Both the position numbers and the translations under genes were made by a program. A stretch of 64,000 nucleotides of DNA, from positions 88,660,001-88,724,000 of the forward strand of contig OZ024744.1 in NCBI GenBank assembly GCA_964016885.1. The letters are read 5' to 3'. This stretch comes from Eledone cirrhosa. Taxonomy: Eukaryota. The notes beneath the pieces are model-generated. The model was given only the letters and a program-made list of their open reading frames with translations, had not been told where the DNA came from and did no database searches. This document shows, one piece after another, positions 1 through 13,987 of this stretch. Positions within the stretch are counted from its first letter, which is position 1; the number at the start of each line of letters is the position of its first letter.

Positions 1-125
1 TGCTTTTCTTAATATGTTTAAATGCATGTCTGTTAAAGTTTTGGAAGAGTGTTGAATATAATGTAATATATAGTGCTCATTAATAGTTAATTATTTAAAA
101 CAGTTATATCGACTGATATCAAAAT

Positions 126-3100
126 CTATGCCACGACAGGGACAGGAAGGCAAGATTTCTTTAGACGTCTAGAGACCTTTCTTGGAACGTCCTGCTCTTT
201 AGTGTTAGTGGGCCACTGGAACAGTATCTTGGATGCACGCTGGCATTGTGTGGGGATAGTGGATAGGGGAGGAGGGTGCAAGAGCCTCACCAACCTGCTC
301 AGTGTTTTGAACATTCTGACAGGTATCGACTGGATCACCCGAATATGCCAATGTGGACATGGACAAAGCGTATCGGGTCATCCAGATCGTATCTCGATAG
401 GGTATTCTGCAGAGAACTAGATAAGGCTAGTATAAGTTGTCCACAATTTAAAATAGTCGACTACACAGACCACAAATTTGTCATCTGTGAGATCCACATA
501 GACAGACTTCATAGACAAGGGCCTGGTTACTGGAAGCTGAACGCGTCTTTCCCGGCGCGCAAACCCTACAGAGACAGGATTAGCGTATTAGTTAAGCGGG
601 CGTTGACGGGAGCGGTCGTCAACAAGGTGGTGGTTCGCCCTGAAAAGGGCCATTAAAGTAGAGTCGATTAGGTTTAGCAAAGGACTAGTGATAGAGGAAA
701 ATAAAGTAGAGGGAGAGCTAGTCAGAAAGCTAGAAGAGGCGTTTAGGACAGGCATCGCAACCGACGTGCTTGCAGCGAGATTGGCACTCAACCAATTCTT
801 CAACGTAAAACACGAAAGGCTGCGTTGTCAGAGCGAGAGCGCGTGCTCTGAAACACGAGGGGACAAAAGCCGTCCAATGGGCCCAGGTGGCAGTGGCGCA
901 ACGTGGCAACAAAGCCACAATTCGGTCTTTATCTAACAAAAACGGGCGCGTGTTGCTTGAACCCGAGCAGATGTGTGCCGCTTTTCAGCAGCACTTTGCT
1001 TAACTGTTCGGGAGCAACGGCGGCCCGGATCGTGGCATGGACTTCAGTGCATACCTCGACAGACTGCCTCGGCTCTCGACAACCGCAGCACAGTGTTGCG
1101 AAAAGCCAATAACAGCCGGTGAAATACGGGAAGCGATGGCTAACTGCACGAGTGGTAAATCGCCAGATTTGGATGGTGTACCGAACAAGGGGGATGTTAT
1201 CGATAACTTCAGGCCCATAACTCTGCTAAACGCAGTGTTCAAGATTTTGGCCAAGGTGTTAGCAACGAGGTTGGCGCTTGTCAAGGGTCTGGTGGGAGAG
1301 GCCATTCCGGACAGATCCATACACGACAACCTCCATCTCATGCGATACATCATAGAGAGGGTGGTTAAGGAAGCTGGCACGGGTGGGGCCCTCATCAACT
1401 TGGATCTATCCAAAGCATTCGATAAGGTCGACCATCGGTACCTTGCGGCGGTCCTCGAGGCAGCCGATTTCGGCCCCATTTTCAGGGCTTGGATCGATGC
1501 AATGTACAGCGACGTCTGCTCAGTTGTGAGAGTGAACGGTCAACTGTCGCAGCCGTTCAGCATCATGCGCTCGGTCCGTCAGGGTTGTCCCCTCTCGTCC
1601 CTCTTGTGCGTATTGGCTCTCGAGCCGTTACTGCACAAACTAGGGGTGATGAGGGGCGTCCCACGCAACGTCACCATGCTGGTGTTGAGCACCAGACACG
1701 TCCAGTTGCTCGGCACCGCTCTCAAGGAATAAGAAGCGGTGACAGGAGCAAAGATAAACCAGGAAATGTCGGTGGGCTTGCAGCTCGGCACTTAGAGAGA
1801 CAAGTCCATGCCGTCCGACAGCGTTGTGGGACGTTGGACGGACGGACCGGTTAAATTGCTCGGGATCTGGTTCGGACCGGACCTCCAGATGGATAAAATC
1901 TGGAGCGAAGTGACGAGCAAGGTGGCCTTCCACACCCAGAAATGGGACGAGAGGAAGCTGTCCCTGAAAGGCCGGGAGGAGGTGGCGAATGCGTACATCG
2001 CATCCGTCATCTGCTACCGCCTCACCGTCGTCCCTTGCCCCGGCCCAACTCTCACCAAAATGGAGCGCCCCCTCTTCTGCCTTTTGTGGAAGGGAGGCGC
2101 TGCCATGGTCAGACGATCCATCTGCTGTCAATACCCGTTGCGTGGAGGACTGGGCATTCCATGGCTGTTTTCCCACAGCTCGTCTCCTTGACGGAGATGC
2201 AGTCCTGGGTCAGGAAAAGACCGAGGAATAGCGCTTGGAAACTGGAGACATTCCAATTTCCAAGCGCTATCCCTCGGTCTTTTCCTGCTGGGCAGCAGTA
2301 TCGGTGGAACATCCACCTCGGCGTTCTATAGAGGACTAGTGGAGGAGAAGAGCGATGACGTTCTCGGAGAGATCCTGGGCGTCGAAGAAGATCAGCTGTT
2401 TGCTCTCTTCCGGAGAACTTTCAGCCCGGGGCCTATGGATAACTTCCAAAAATCCCTGGTCTGGCAGTGCTACCGGGGAGCGTTGACGGTTCGAGATAGG
2501 CTCTACAGGCACGGAAGTGCCGTCAGCTGAGCCTGTCCGAGATGCGCGCAGAGCGATGAAACCGTCGTGCACGCACACGTTCAGTGCCCGAGCATTGCTG
2601 ACTTGTGGAGCTATGTCGAACAGTTGCTGTCGCGTGTTACCGACTGAGTCCATTGTGCAGATTGTCTCGCCTTCTTCCTTCGAGGAGGAAGGGCAGGCGG
2701 TTTTCATCTGCCTTGTGGCCATGGCGAAAGCGATTGTGTGGTGGACAAGGTTGAAAGGGTTAAAGACAGACACTTTCCTCTTCGGCGAATCCCTAATTAA
2801 CTTTTTCAAGTTTCAGTTGAAGAGGAAAATCAGGGTGGAGAGGCAAGTGCTGCCTTCTAGCAAGTTTGTTGAAAGGTGGGTGAATGTAGCGAGAATGGTC
2901 CGAGTGAACGGACGCTCTGAATATACGTCTGTAGTTTGAAAAATAGAAAAATTGAGAAAGGGCGCTTGCCCTGGTGGTCAGGTTGGCCGTGGTCTTTTGT
3001 GTGATTTTCGCCACGAGTAACCCTCGGAGGTTTCCCCACTATTAGGGAATTTTTCATCGTTTCAATTTTCATTTTTATTGTTTATATATATATATGTTTC

Positions 3101-3232
3101 TATTTCCTTTTTTTTCTTATATAAATAATAAAAATATTTACACGAACAAAATCCATATCGTACCGTCCTGTACCGTCCTGTGCCGTCTGTAATGTTTTTT
3201 CTTGATGTAAGCCCTTGTGGCCAATAAAGAAA

Positions 3233-3233
<1 letters not shown>
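126..3233 (+). mobile_element. 5'-truncated, decayed Tx1-like (L1 clade) non-LTR retrotransposon ORF2 (APE-RT-CCHC) plus 3' UTR
   Basis: Fragmented frames give the APE end (SYLDRV, YTDHK, GPGYWKLN), RT motifs (FRPITLLN, LDLSKAFDKVDH, SVRQGCPLS) and C-terminal CPRC..ETVVH. It ends in AATAAA followed by (ATT)n and has many stops and frameshifts. Confidence 0.9.
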
Positions 3234-3270
<37 letters not shown>

Positions 3271-3278
3271 GTTATTAC

Positions 3279-6200
3279 TCTTTGAGTCTCAGTCATTGAT
3301 GTTAGTTAACTGGAAAGTTTGTTGAGATGAATATCAAGCCACTACCTGCAGCCTCAGATATTCAGGACGTATCGGAGGGTTCTTGCTGTTCCCAGCAAGC
3401 ATGCCTTTTGAAGCGTTCCAAAAAGCGTGAAGGGGCCAATTTTATTTAACCATCCCTGGAAACTTTTTGAGATAGTCTCTAGTGCGCCTATGACAATCGG
3501 GATCACTTTGACTTCATGGCAGTTCCAAATCCTTTTTACCTCCCACTCTAAGTCCTGGTATCGGTTAATTTTCTCCCTCTCCTTCTCTTGCACTCTCGTG
3601 TCGAATGGGCAGGCCACATCCACAATCAGGCACGATCTGTTTTCTTTGTCCAAAACTACCAGGTCAGGTCTATTGTGTTCCAGTTTCTTGTCCGTCTTTA
3701 TCCTAAAACCCACAGCACCTTCACCTGATCGTTTTCTATCACCGCCTCTGGCTTATGCTCATACCACTTCTCAGAATGTGGTAAATTGTTTACTTTGGAT
3801 AGGTGCCAGTGGATCACCCTGCCCATCACATCATGTCTCCAGCCCTTATAGTGAGTCTGGGCTAGGTGTTTACACTCGGATACAATGTGAGCCACAGTCT
3901 CCTCTCTCTCTCCACAGATCCTGCACTGTGGGCTAGCCTCCTCCTTGTAAATGTGGAGTTTCAACCACTTCGTTTTGAGGGCCTGCTCCTGCGCAGCCAT
4001 TAACATTCCTTCTGTAGCCTTTTTAAGGTCTCCTCTTTTCAACCAATTCCATGTCTGTGGATCTCTAAATTCAGTTTTCTCAAAGAAGGTACTATGAAGG
4101 GATTTTTCCTGAAGGCTGCTCTTTCTCCTTGATGTTATTACCTCCTTGGACATCCCCTGGCCTATTGTCCCCTCCTTCAGTACAGCTCTGAGCATTGGCT
4201 CCTTACTATCAGTCACGTATTTGTGTGGGTTGTTTTTCTCCATCTGAACACAGTCCTCTATGCTGATAAGACCTCTTCCACCCTCAGATCTCCTTAAGTA
4301 GAGTCTATCGACATCACTCCTCTTGTGGAACATATTGTAGATAGTCAATAGCTTCCTAGTCTTCCTATCCATTTCTTTTTGTTCAGCAACATTCCATCTC
4401 AGAATTCCCGCACTGTACCTAATAATAGACACAGCTCGGGAATTTACTGCACTTATGGCACTCCTACTGCTCAGATGTGACTTTAATACGCTCCTTACTC
4501 TCCGAAGGTATTCAGTTCTTATCAATTCCTTCATTTTTTTGTTCTTGATGTCATCAGCCTCCAGAACGCCCAAATACTTGTATCCTTCTTCAGTGTCAAT
4601 TTCTCTTATCATCTCACCTGTTGGTATCTGGATTCCGTTACTTCTGCTCAACTTACCCCTCCTCATCACAATGACTCCACCCTTACTAATACCAAATTGC
4701 ATACATATATCATTGCTGAAAATACGGACAGTGTCAACAAGCACATCCAACTCCTTCTCACTCTTCCCGAAGAGCTTAAGATCGTCCATGAAGAGGAGGT
4801 GATTGATGGTAAGCCCTCCCTTTCCCAACCTGTATCCTGCTCTCACTTTTCGCAGTACATTGGTCAGGGGCATCAGGGCAAGGACAAACAACAGAGGGGA
4901 CAGACTATCTGCCTGGAAGATACCTCTCTTGATCTTCACGCTTCCCAAGGATTCTCCAGTTGATGTTAACACTGTTTCCCAGGACTTTATACTTTTGCCC
5001 AACAACTGCCTGATGTTATCTGCCACCTTGAAGATCTCCTGGCTTTTGGTGATCCAAGAATGAGGCACCATGTCAAATGCCTTTTTGTAGTCTATCCATC
5101 CCATGGCAAGACCAGTGTGTCTCCTCTTGCAATTCCTCATTACCATCTTATCAATAAGTAACTGGTCCTTTGTACCACGTGACTTCTTTCGGCATCCTTT
5201 CTGTTCGTCCGGTAACAAGTTGTTTGTGTGGAGGTGATGGTAGATTTCCTCAGACATAATGCTTGTCAACAGTTTCCACATTACGGACAGACATGTGATA
5301 GGTCTATAGTTGGTAACATCATTACCCTTGATTCGGTCTTTCATTATCAGAACTGTGGTACCTTTTGTCAACCACTCTGGTACCTCACCTGACATCAAGC
5401 ATTCATTGAACATGCTTGTCAGTTTCGGGTGGAGGGATGTTATGTTTTTAATCCAAAACCCCTGCACACCATCTGGGCCAGGTGATTTCCAGTTGGTTAG
5501 TTTTGGGGCCTGCCCCTTAAGAGTTTCAACTGTGATACTCAAATCAGTTTGTTGGCGTGCCTGTTCACTGATCCCCTTCTGTACTGTCTCAATCCACACT
5601 GCCTGGTCATTATGTTTAACATCCTGCTCCCATATTCCTCTCCAGAATGTTTTAGTTTGTTCCGCCTCAGGGATCAAGTCGTTGCCTCTTTCTTTCCCTT
5701 CAAGCTGTCAAAACAGCATCTTCTGGTTGTTGTCGAACATGCGGTTCTGTCTATACTGGCTGACTCTGTTCTCGTATCGCCTGATTTTTGCACTTTTTGC
5801 TACAATGCGTTGCTTCAGTTCCTCTATGATAATATTTAGCTTTTTCCTCCTAGTTATGTACTTTATTTCCAGTCTATTTTTAGTGTCTATGTTTTTTAGT
5901 GTCCCATTCAGTAGAGACTCAAGCTTTCCAATGTCATTTCTCATTTCCCTGATTTGACCACTCAGTCGTTTCTTCCACCAAGGCTCTGCTCTTTCTTGTC
6001 TGTTGTTTCCTCTCGCTTTTATACCAAGTAGTTTCCTCACCGTATTTGCTGTTGCTTTGAGGATATTGTTGCACTGGTGAAGGCTCCTCTCCTCAAGGTA
6101 TGGGATGACTTTGTTTACCTTAGCTGTTGTTTCTTTTAACTTTTTCCTGTCTACAAATCTTAGGTTCATAGGTCTCCCACTATCATTGTTCAATTCATCT

Positions 6201-6900
6201 ACCACTAAGTTTAGGATATCTACCAAATCTTGTCCTAGCCCGTCAGCATTCATCTCCTCAGTGGCCCTATCTCTGTTCCAGGTATTATTTATCTCAGCAT
6301 TCAGATCATTGTCTGTTTCGGGTGGTTCCCCCGTTCTCTCGACCTCTTCACCTTCATTTCCCACTGGCCCGTTTGCCTGGCATACTCCACTTTCCATTTC
6401 CAACCTAATCTCTCTGCCCAGTTCCTCCAGTTCCAGCTCGCTTATCCACCCATTAGTTCTTATTACCCGAGCCTGCCCGGCCAGCTTTTTTTCATCTAAT
6501 TTAAATGGACCAATCTCGTTCCAGATGTTATGCATCCTTTTCCTATAGCCTTTCTCCTTGGGGTTACTCTTCAGGTAACATTGCATAACAGTTCTATTCA
6601 ATTCTTTCGTCCAGTTGGTTCTGATCCCTTTCCTTCTTCTTCTTCCTCCGACACCAGCACTATTTGGTTGACAGCCAGGTCCCTGCTGCTGAGCAAGGGA
6701 GCACCTGTTGGGTGAGAGTCTGTCACATGACATTCTAGTATCCATTTCACCGTTATTCGAACTGTTTAGGTTCGACATTTAAACACTCTTATCGAGGATT
6801 GGCGAATGTATGGTTACATAACCACCGGTGAATTACTTGTCTCCGGTGGTTTCGTCACGCCACGTGACTTTTGTGTGGCATTATCACGCTGTAGACGAAC
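3279..6900 (-). mobile_element. Near full-length R4/Dong-like RLE non-LTR retrotransposon (single ORF broken by frameshifts)
   Basis: ORFs 5708-6778, 3698-5677 and 3354-3713 join into one protein: PWWKKRL, WKSPGPDG, YRPITCL, IDYKKAFD, GIFQADSLSP, LFMDDLK, CCHC (CRICGEREETVAHIVSEC) and RLE (RPDLVV..IVDVACPFD..K..Y). The 3' end abuts a (TAA)n tract. Confidence 0.9.
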
Positions 6901-7104
6901 CCAAACAAACAAACAAACAGGCAGAAAAAAACCCAAAAATGAATAAGCATAAGTTTCATTGTAATGTAGTGTTTGAATGTCTGACTTAGTATTTCCCTTC
7001 CCTTCTCTGTCAGTCCGTTTGTTTTTCTCTTCATTTTTATTTCCTTTACGTTTTTCGTTGTTGCTGTGCTGCTTTGATTTTTCTTTTTTTTTTCTTTTTT
7101 TTTG

Positions 7105-7990
7105 ACCGGGTCATCAATTCAGTCTATTTATATATTTTGATGGTTTCCTCTTTTAGTGGGAATTCTACAACGTAGCAGCGGATAGCGGGAGAGAATAGCG
7201 GCGGTAGTGATACTGAGGCAGCGGCGGCGGGGGTGGTGGCGGTGCTGTGCTAGCAACAACTAGCAGGAGGTAGTGGGAGGGAATAGCGGCGGTAGCGAGT
7301 GACGAAGCGGTGGTGGTGATGTGGTCGTATTACTTTGTTAAAACTAAAACTTGATTTTGATTATTGTTTTTTTTTGTTTTTTTGTATTTTGATCGTGTCA
7401 TCAATTCGGTGTATTTATATATTTCGATGTTTTCCTCTTTTAGTGAGAATTCTACAATGTAGCAGGGGGTAGCGGGAGAGAATAGCGGCGGTAGTGATAT
7501 TGAGGCAGCGGCGGCGGTGGCGGTGCTGTGCTAGCAGCAACTACCAGGAGGTAGTGGGAGCGAATAGCGGCGGTAGCGATAGTGAGGCAGCGGTGGTGGT
7601 GATGTGGTCGTATTACTGTAGTGATGGTGTTGAAGTTGGAGTAGAAATTTGAGTCGACTTGACCAGAGTTTTCATCGTGGTAGTGGTGGTGGTATTGCTG
7701 GTGAAATTATCTTTAGTGAAATTATCGTTAGTCGCGTATATGCGTTGACATTTACCCATAATATTGGAATTAAACATTTTGTTAAAACTAAAACTTGATT
7801 TTGATTATTGGTTTTTTTTTTTATTTAATTTTTTTTTTTTTTTGATCGGGTCATCAATTCAGTCTATTTATATATTTCGATGCTTTCCTCTTTTAGTGAG
7901 AATTCTACAATGTAGCAGTGGAATTATCGTTAGTCGCGTGTATGTGTTGACATTTATTGGAATTAAACATTTTGTTAAAACTAAAACTTG
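7105..7990. repeat. Local imperfect tandem duplications (~285 bp unit plus a partial third copy)
   Basis: gtcatcaattc..tttcctcttttagtg.gaattctacaa recurs at about 7110, 7398 and 7850. The GC-rich gcggcggtag block occurs twice. Confidence 0.7.
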
Positions 7991-8404
7991 AAGCAATAGT
8001 AATAGTAATTATTATTATTATGTTGAGATTGGTGGTGGTGAAATTGCCGTTATCGGGCTGTTGTGTTTAGTGTACACAGAGGGGTGATGGGGTACGTGGT
8101 GTATCTAGTTTCTGATGTTGGTGAAATTGCTGTTATTTGGCTGTTCTATATAGTGTAGACAGAGGGGGTTTTCTTCCATTTATAACCATTTTCTTTTTGA
8201 ATATAAAATATATAATACAAAATTGAATATTTGAGCGATATAACAATATTTTGTGGATCCGAATTTTTTGGGACTCAAGCTGGATGTTTTATGCAACATT
8301 TGTACTAAGAATTGTTATTTCACAATTGATTTAAAAATGTTAAAAAATCAAAACTTACGGGAGCGATTTCTCGACCTTCTATCCACCATGTGTGTCTTCT
8401 TCCC

Positions 8405-8449
<45 letters not shown>

Positions 8450-8451
<2 letters not shown>

Positions 8452-9759
8452 CATCGCGTCCGTCATCTACTACCGCCTAACCGTCGTGCCTTGCCCCCAT
8501 CCGCGCCTCGTCAAGTTGGAACGGCTCCTCTTCAAATTCTGTGGAGGGGACAAGTTCCGTTGGTGAGGCGGTCCATCTGCTGCCAGCACCCTCTACGCGG
8601 AGGGCTGGGCATGTCGTGGCTAATGATGCGCAGACATGTGTTGAGGCTGCGACATCTCCAAATATTCTGACTCAATGGTGAACAGGTGTGGTCGCCGTTT
8701 ATCAGAGGGGCCTTTCCGCAGCTCATTTCCTTGACTGAGCTGCAGTCCTGGGTCAAGAAGAGACCGAGACTGGGTGACTGGCACCTGGAATGTTGCCAGG
8801 CACTCACTGCCCTCTACCAAGCGGGCAATGCGATCAGTGGAACTTCCACTCTCGAGTTCTATAGAGGATTAGTTGTGGGCAAGTGCGATGACGCACTCGG
8901 AGAAGCTTTGGGCCTCGACGAAGTCGAACTGACCAGTCTGTACCGGAGGACTTTTGAGCCGGAGACGATGGACAATTTCCAGAAATCCCTCGCTTGGCAG
9001 TGCTACCGGGGGGCACTGCGGATTCGGGATAAACTCTACAGGCACGGAAGTGCTGTCAGACGGACCTGCCCAAGATGCGCACAGAACGACGAAACCGTTC
9101 TGCACCCACTTGTCCAATGTCCGTGCATTACTGACTTGTGGAGTTATGTCGAACAGCTACTGTCGCGTGTGGAACGAATCCGGCTATCGGCCGAGTCCAT
9201 AGTGAAGATTGAGCCGCCACCTTCCTTAGGTCAGGAAGAGCAGGACATTTTCCTCTGTCTGGTGGCAGTTGCGAAAGTGATTATATAGTGGACCAGGTTG
9301 AAAGGACTAAAGACAGACACTTTTCTCTTCGGCCATTCCCTCATCAACTTCTTCAAGTTTCACCTGGAAAGGAGGGTGAGGGTGGAGATAGAAGTGCTGC
9401 CCCCCAGTACATTTGCAAAAAGGTGGATGAATGTGGCGAGAATGGCTCGTGTGAATGGGCCTACTCTGACCATGCGCCTATAGGCTAGCTAACTTGAGGA
9501 GAGGGGTGCTCTCCTGGGTGCCCTAGAAGCGCAGGGTGGTTCAGGATTGGTGGGGTACCCGAATCACCCCAGGGTCGTCCAGCCCCTATCGGGGAATTTA
9601 TTTTGTTATATTTATGCATAGTTTATTTTATATTTTTATATTTTCATTGTTAAATTAGTTTTGCCATTGTACACTTTTACTCGACCTTATTGTAAACCCC
9701 CACTGTCCCTGTCTTTGTATTGTCCCCTACATGTCGGCCCTTGTGGCTAATAAATGAAA

Positions 9760-9762
<3 letters not shown>
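8450..9762 (+). mobile_element. 5'-truncated Tx1-like element (3' part of ORF2 plus 3' UTR)
   Basis: YIASVIYYRL, QKSLAWQCYRGAL and CPRCAQNDETVLH are homologous to the 126-3233 copy. (ATT)n lies on both sides. Confidence 0.88.
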
Positions 9763-9799
<37 letters not shown>

Positions 9800-10318
9800 A
9801 GTTGCATTTATCTTGCTTTATGTTCATACGAGTTATCACCAAGTCACAACCAGTGACCTCAAGAGACAACACGGTCCGCCATGTTCAAGAAAGAACATAC
9901 ATATTCACACATGCATCTTTAGTGTTTAGACTTGTGATGTACTTATATTGACAGAATCTTCCTTAGTATATGGGCAGTTCCCATTAGTACTATCTTTTGT
10001 ATTTCTCCTATACGCGGGTTTCCTGGGATTTGCGATAAGTAATCATTAGACCCCTTAGGTATCATTCCCAGAGCGCCTACAACCACTGGTATTGTTTTAG
10101 TTCTCAAGTTCCACATTTTTCCAATTTCTATCTCCAGGTCCTTATACTTGCTCAATTTTTCAAATGTTTTTATAGATACATTCTTGTCTATTGGAACAGA
10201 CATATCAATTAGCAGGCATACCCTCTTTTGAAAGTCTTTCAATATTATATCAGGTCTGTTTGCATCTATTTTTCGGTCTGTTTGGATGCTAAAGTTCCAC
10301 AAGATTGAGATGTGATCT
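9800..10318 (-). mobile_element. 3' fragment of a second R4/Dong-like RLE family
   Basis: RLE domain ILWNFSIQTDRKIDANRPDIIL..LIDMSVP..EKLSKYKDL..PVVVGALG. Its 3' UTR differs from the 3279 copy, and it lies between (ATT)n tracts. Confidence 0.85.
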
Positions 10319-10333
10319 ATTATTATTATTATA

Positions 10334-10435
<102 letters not shown>

Positions 10436-10445
10436 GTTGTTATTC

Positions 10446-10941
10446 CTTGAATCTCAGTCATTGATGTTGGTTAACTGGAAAGTCCGTTGGATTGAATATC
10501 AAGCCACTACCTGCAGCCTCAGATATTCAGGACGTATCGGAGGGTTCTTGCTGTTCCCAGCAAGCATGCCTTTTGAAGCGTTCCAAAAAGCGTGAAGGGG
10601 CCAATTTTCTTTAACCATCCCTGGAAACTTTTGGAGATAGTCCCCAGTGCGCCTATGACAATCGGGATCACTTTGACTTCATGGCAGTTCCAAATCCTTT
10701 TCACCTCCCACTTTAGGTCCTGGTATCGGTTAATTTTCTCCCTCTCCTTCTCTTGCACTCTCGTGTCGAACGGGCAGGCCACATCCACAATCAGACACGA
10801 TCTTTTTTCTTTGTCCACAACCACCAGGTCAGGTCTATTGTGTTCGAGTTTTTTGTCCGTCTGTATCCAAAAATCCCACAGCACCTTCACCTGATTGTTC
10901 TCCATCACCGCCTCTGGCCTATGCTCATACCATTTCTCAGA
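10446..10941 (-). mobile_element. 3' fragment of the same Dong-like family as 3279-6900
   Basis: Near-identical RLE peptide (RPDLVVVD..IVDVACPFD..YVLNI) and 3' UTR, flanked by (ATT)n. Confidence 0.9.
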
Positions 10942-10984
10942 ATTATTATTATTATTATTATTATTGTTATTGTTACTATTTTTA

Positions 10985-13203
<2,219 letters not shown>

Positions 13204-13216
13204 GGTAAACAGAAAT

Positions 13217-13395
13217 AATTGTTTCTACTTTGGCACAAGGACAGCAATTATCTCAGTACATTACGGGTACTTTATTTCATCGACCCCGTAAGGATGAAAG
13301 GCAAATTAACCCCGGAGGGATTTGAACTCAGATCGTAAAGGGCCGTAACTCTATGCTGCAAAGCATGGCGTCCGTTCCTCTACCGATACTGCCAA
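13217..13395 (-). mobile_element. tRNA-derived SINE copy
   Basis: On the - strand it has a B-box-like GAGTTCAAATCC, a central ggggtcgat.aaataaagtacc segment and a ccttgtgccaaaagtagaaac tail. These are shared with six other copies in the window. Confidence 0.8.
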
Positions 13396-13590
13396 AATAA
13401 TAACTCAATCGGTACAGTAAATGGAAGGGATGTATTAGGTTAACGCTTGATATAGCAATGGAAAAAATGTCTTTAGACCTGAGCTCAATTACCAAAGATT
13501 TCCGCTACAAAATGTCTATATGCTGCATAGTGAATTACTTGACAAACACTTTGAAATTTCTTCACACCAAGTAATCCACAGTACGATAAT

Positions 13591-13700
13591 TCATCCATGT
13601 GAGCATGTCGCTTCTTCAATCAGCGTATATAGGACTACATTACTAAATGCACTTATGGAATCACAGAGTCCTTGTGAGAGTTTCCAAAAATAGCGGAAAC
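13591..13700 (-). CDS. Candidate terminal exon of an unrecognised host gene (GFRYFWKLSQGLCDS..CSHG*)
   Basis: Acceptor tttgtttattaaaag, phase-1 compatible with the upstream candidate exon and open to TGA. No homology recognised. Confidence 0.35.
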
Positions 13701-13876
13701 CTTTTAATAAACAAACTACAGATGACACTAAGTAGTACTGTGTAGTTGGTGTACAGTAGTAGAACATGGAAGTAAATGTTTGATTTAATAAGATCATTTA
13801 GATCAGAATATGACATGACAAACTGCATCATTGTTTATGAAACATTAAAAATATTTCATTCCTACACCTCACTTAC

Positions 13877-13945
13877 CAGTGCCGTACTTAAATATTCTCT
13901 GGCAAAATCTACCACCTTGAGAGATGAAATGTCTCTGGTAAGCTA
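13877..13945 (-). CDS. Candidate internal exon (69 nt, phase 1-1; VAYQRHFISQGGRFCQRIFKYGT)
   Basis: Acceptor cttttggctttcccag and donor G|gtaagt. Length is a multiple of 3 and the frame is open. Confidence 0.45.
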
Positions 13946-13987
13946 CTGGGAAAGCCAAAAGCCTGGAGGTGTAATGAAGGCAGATAG

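Noticed and set aside
3698-5677. 659-aa ORF as a host gene or active RT
   Set aside because: It is part of a frameshifted retrotransposon, with N-terminal and RLE parts in other frames and QADSLSP in place of QGDSLSP.
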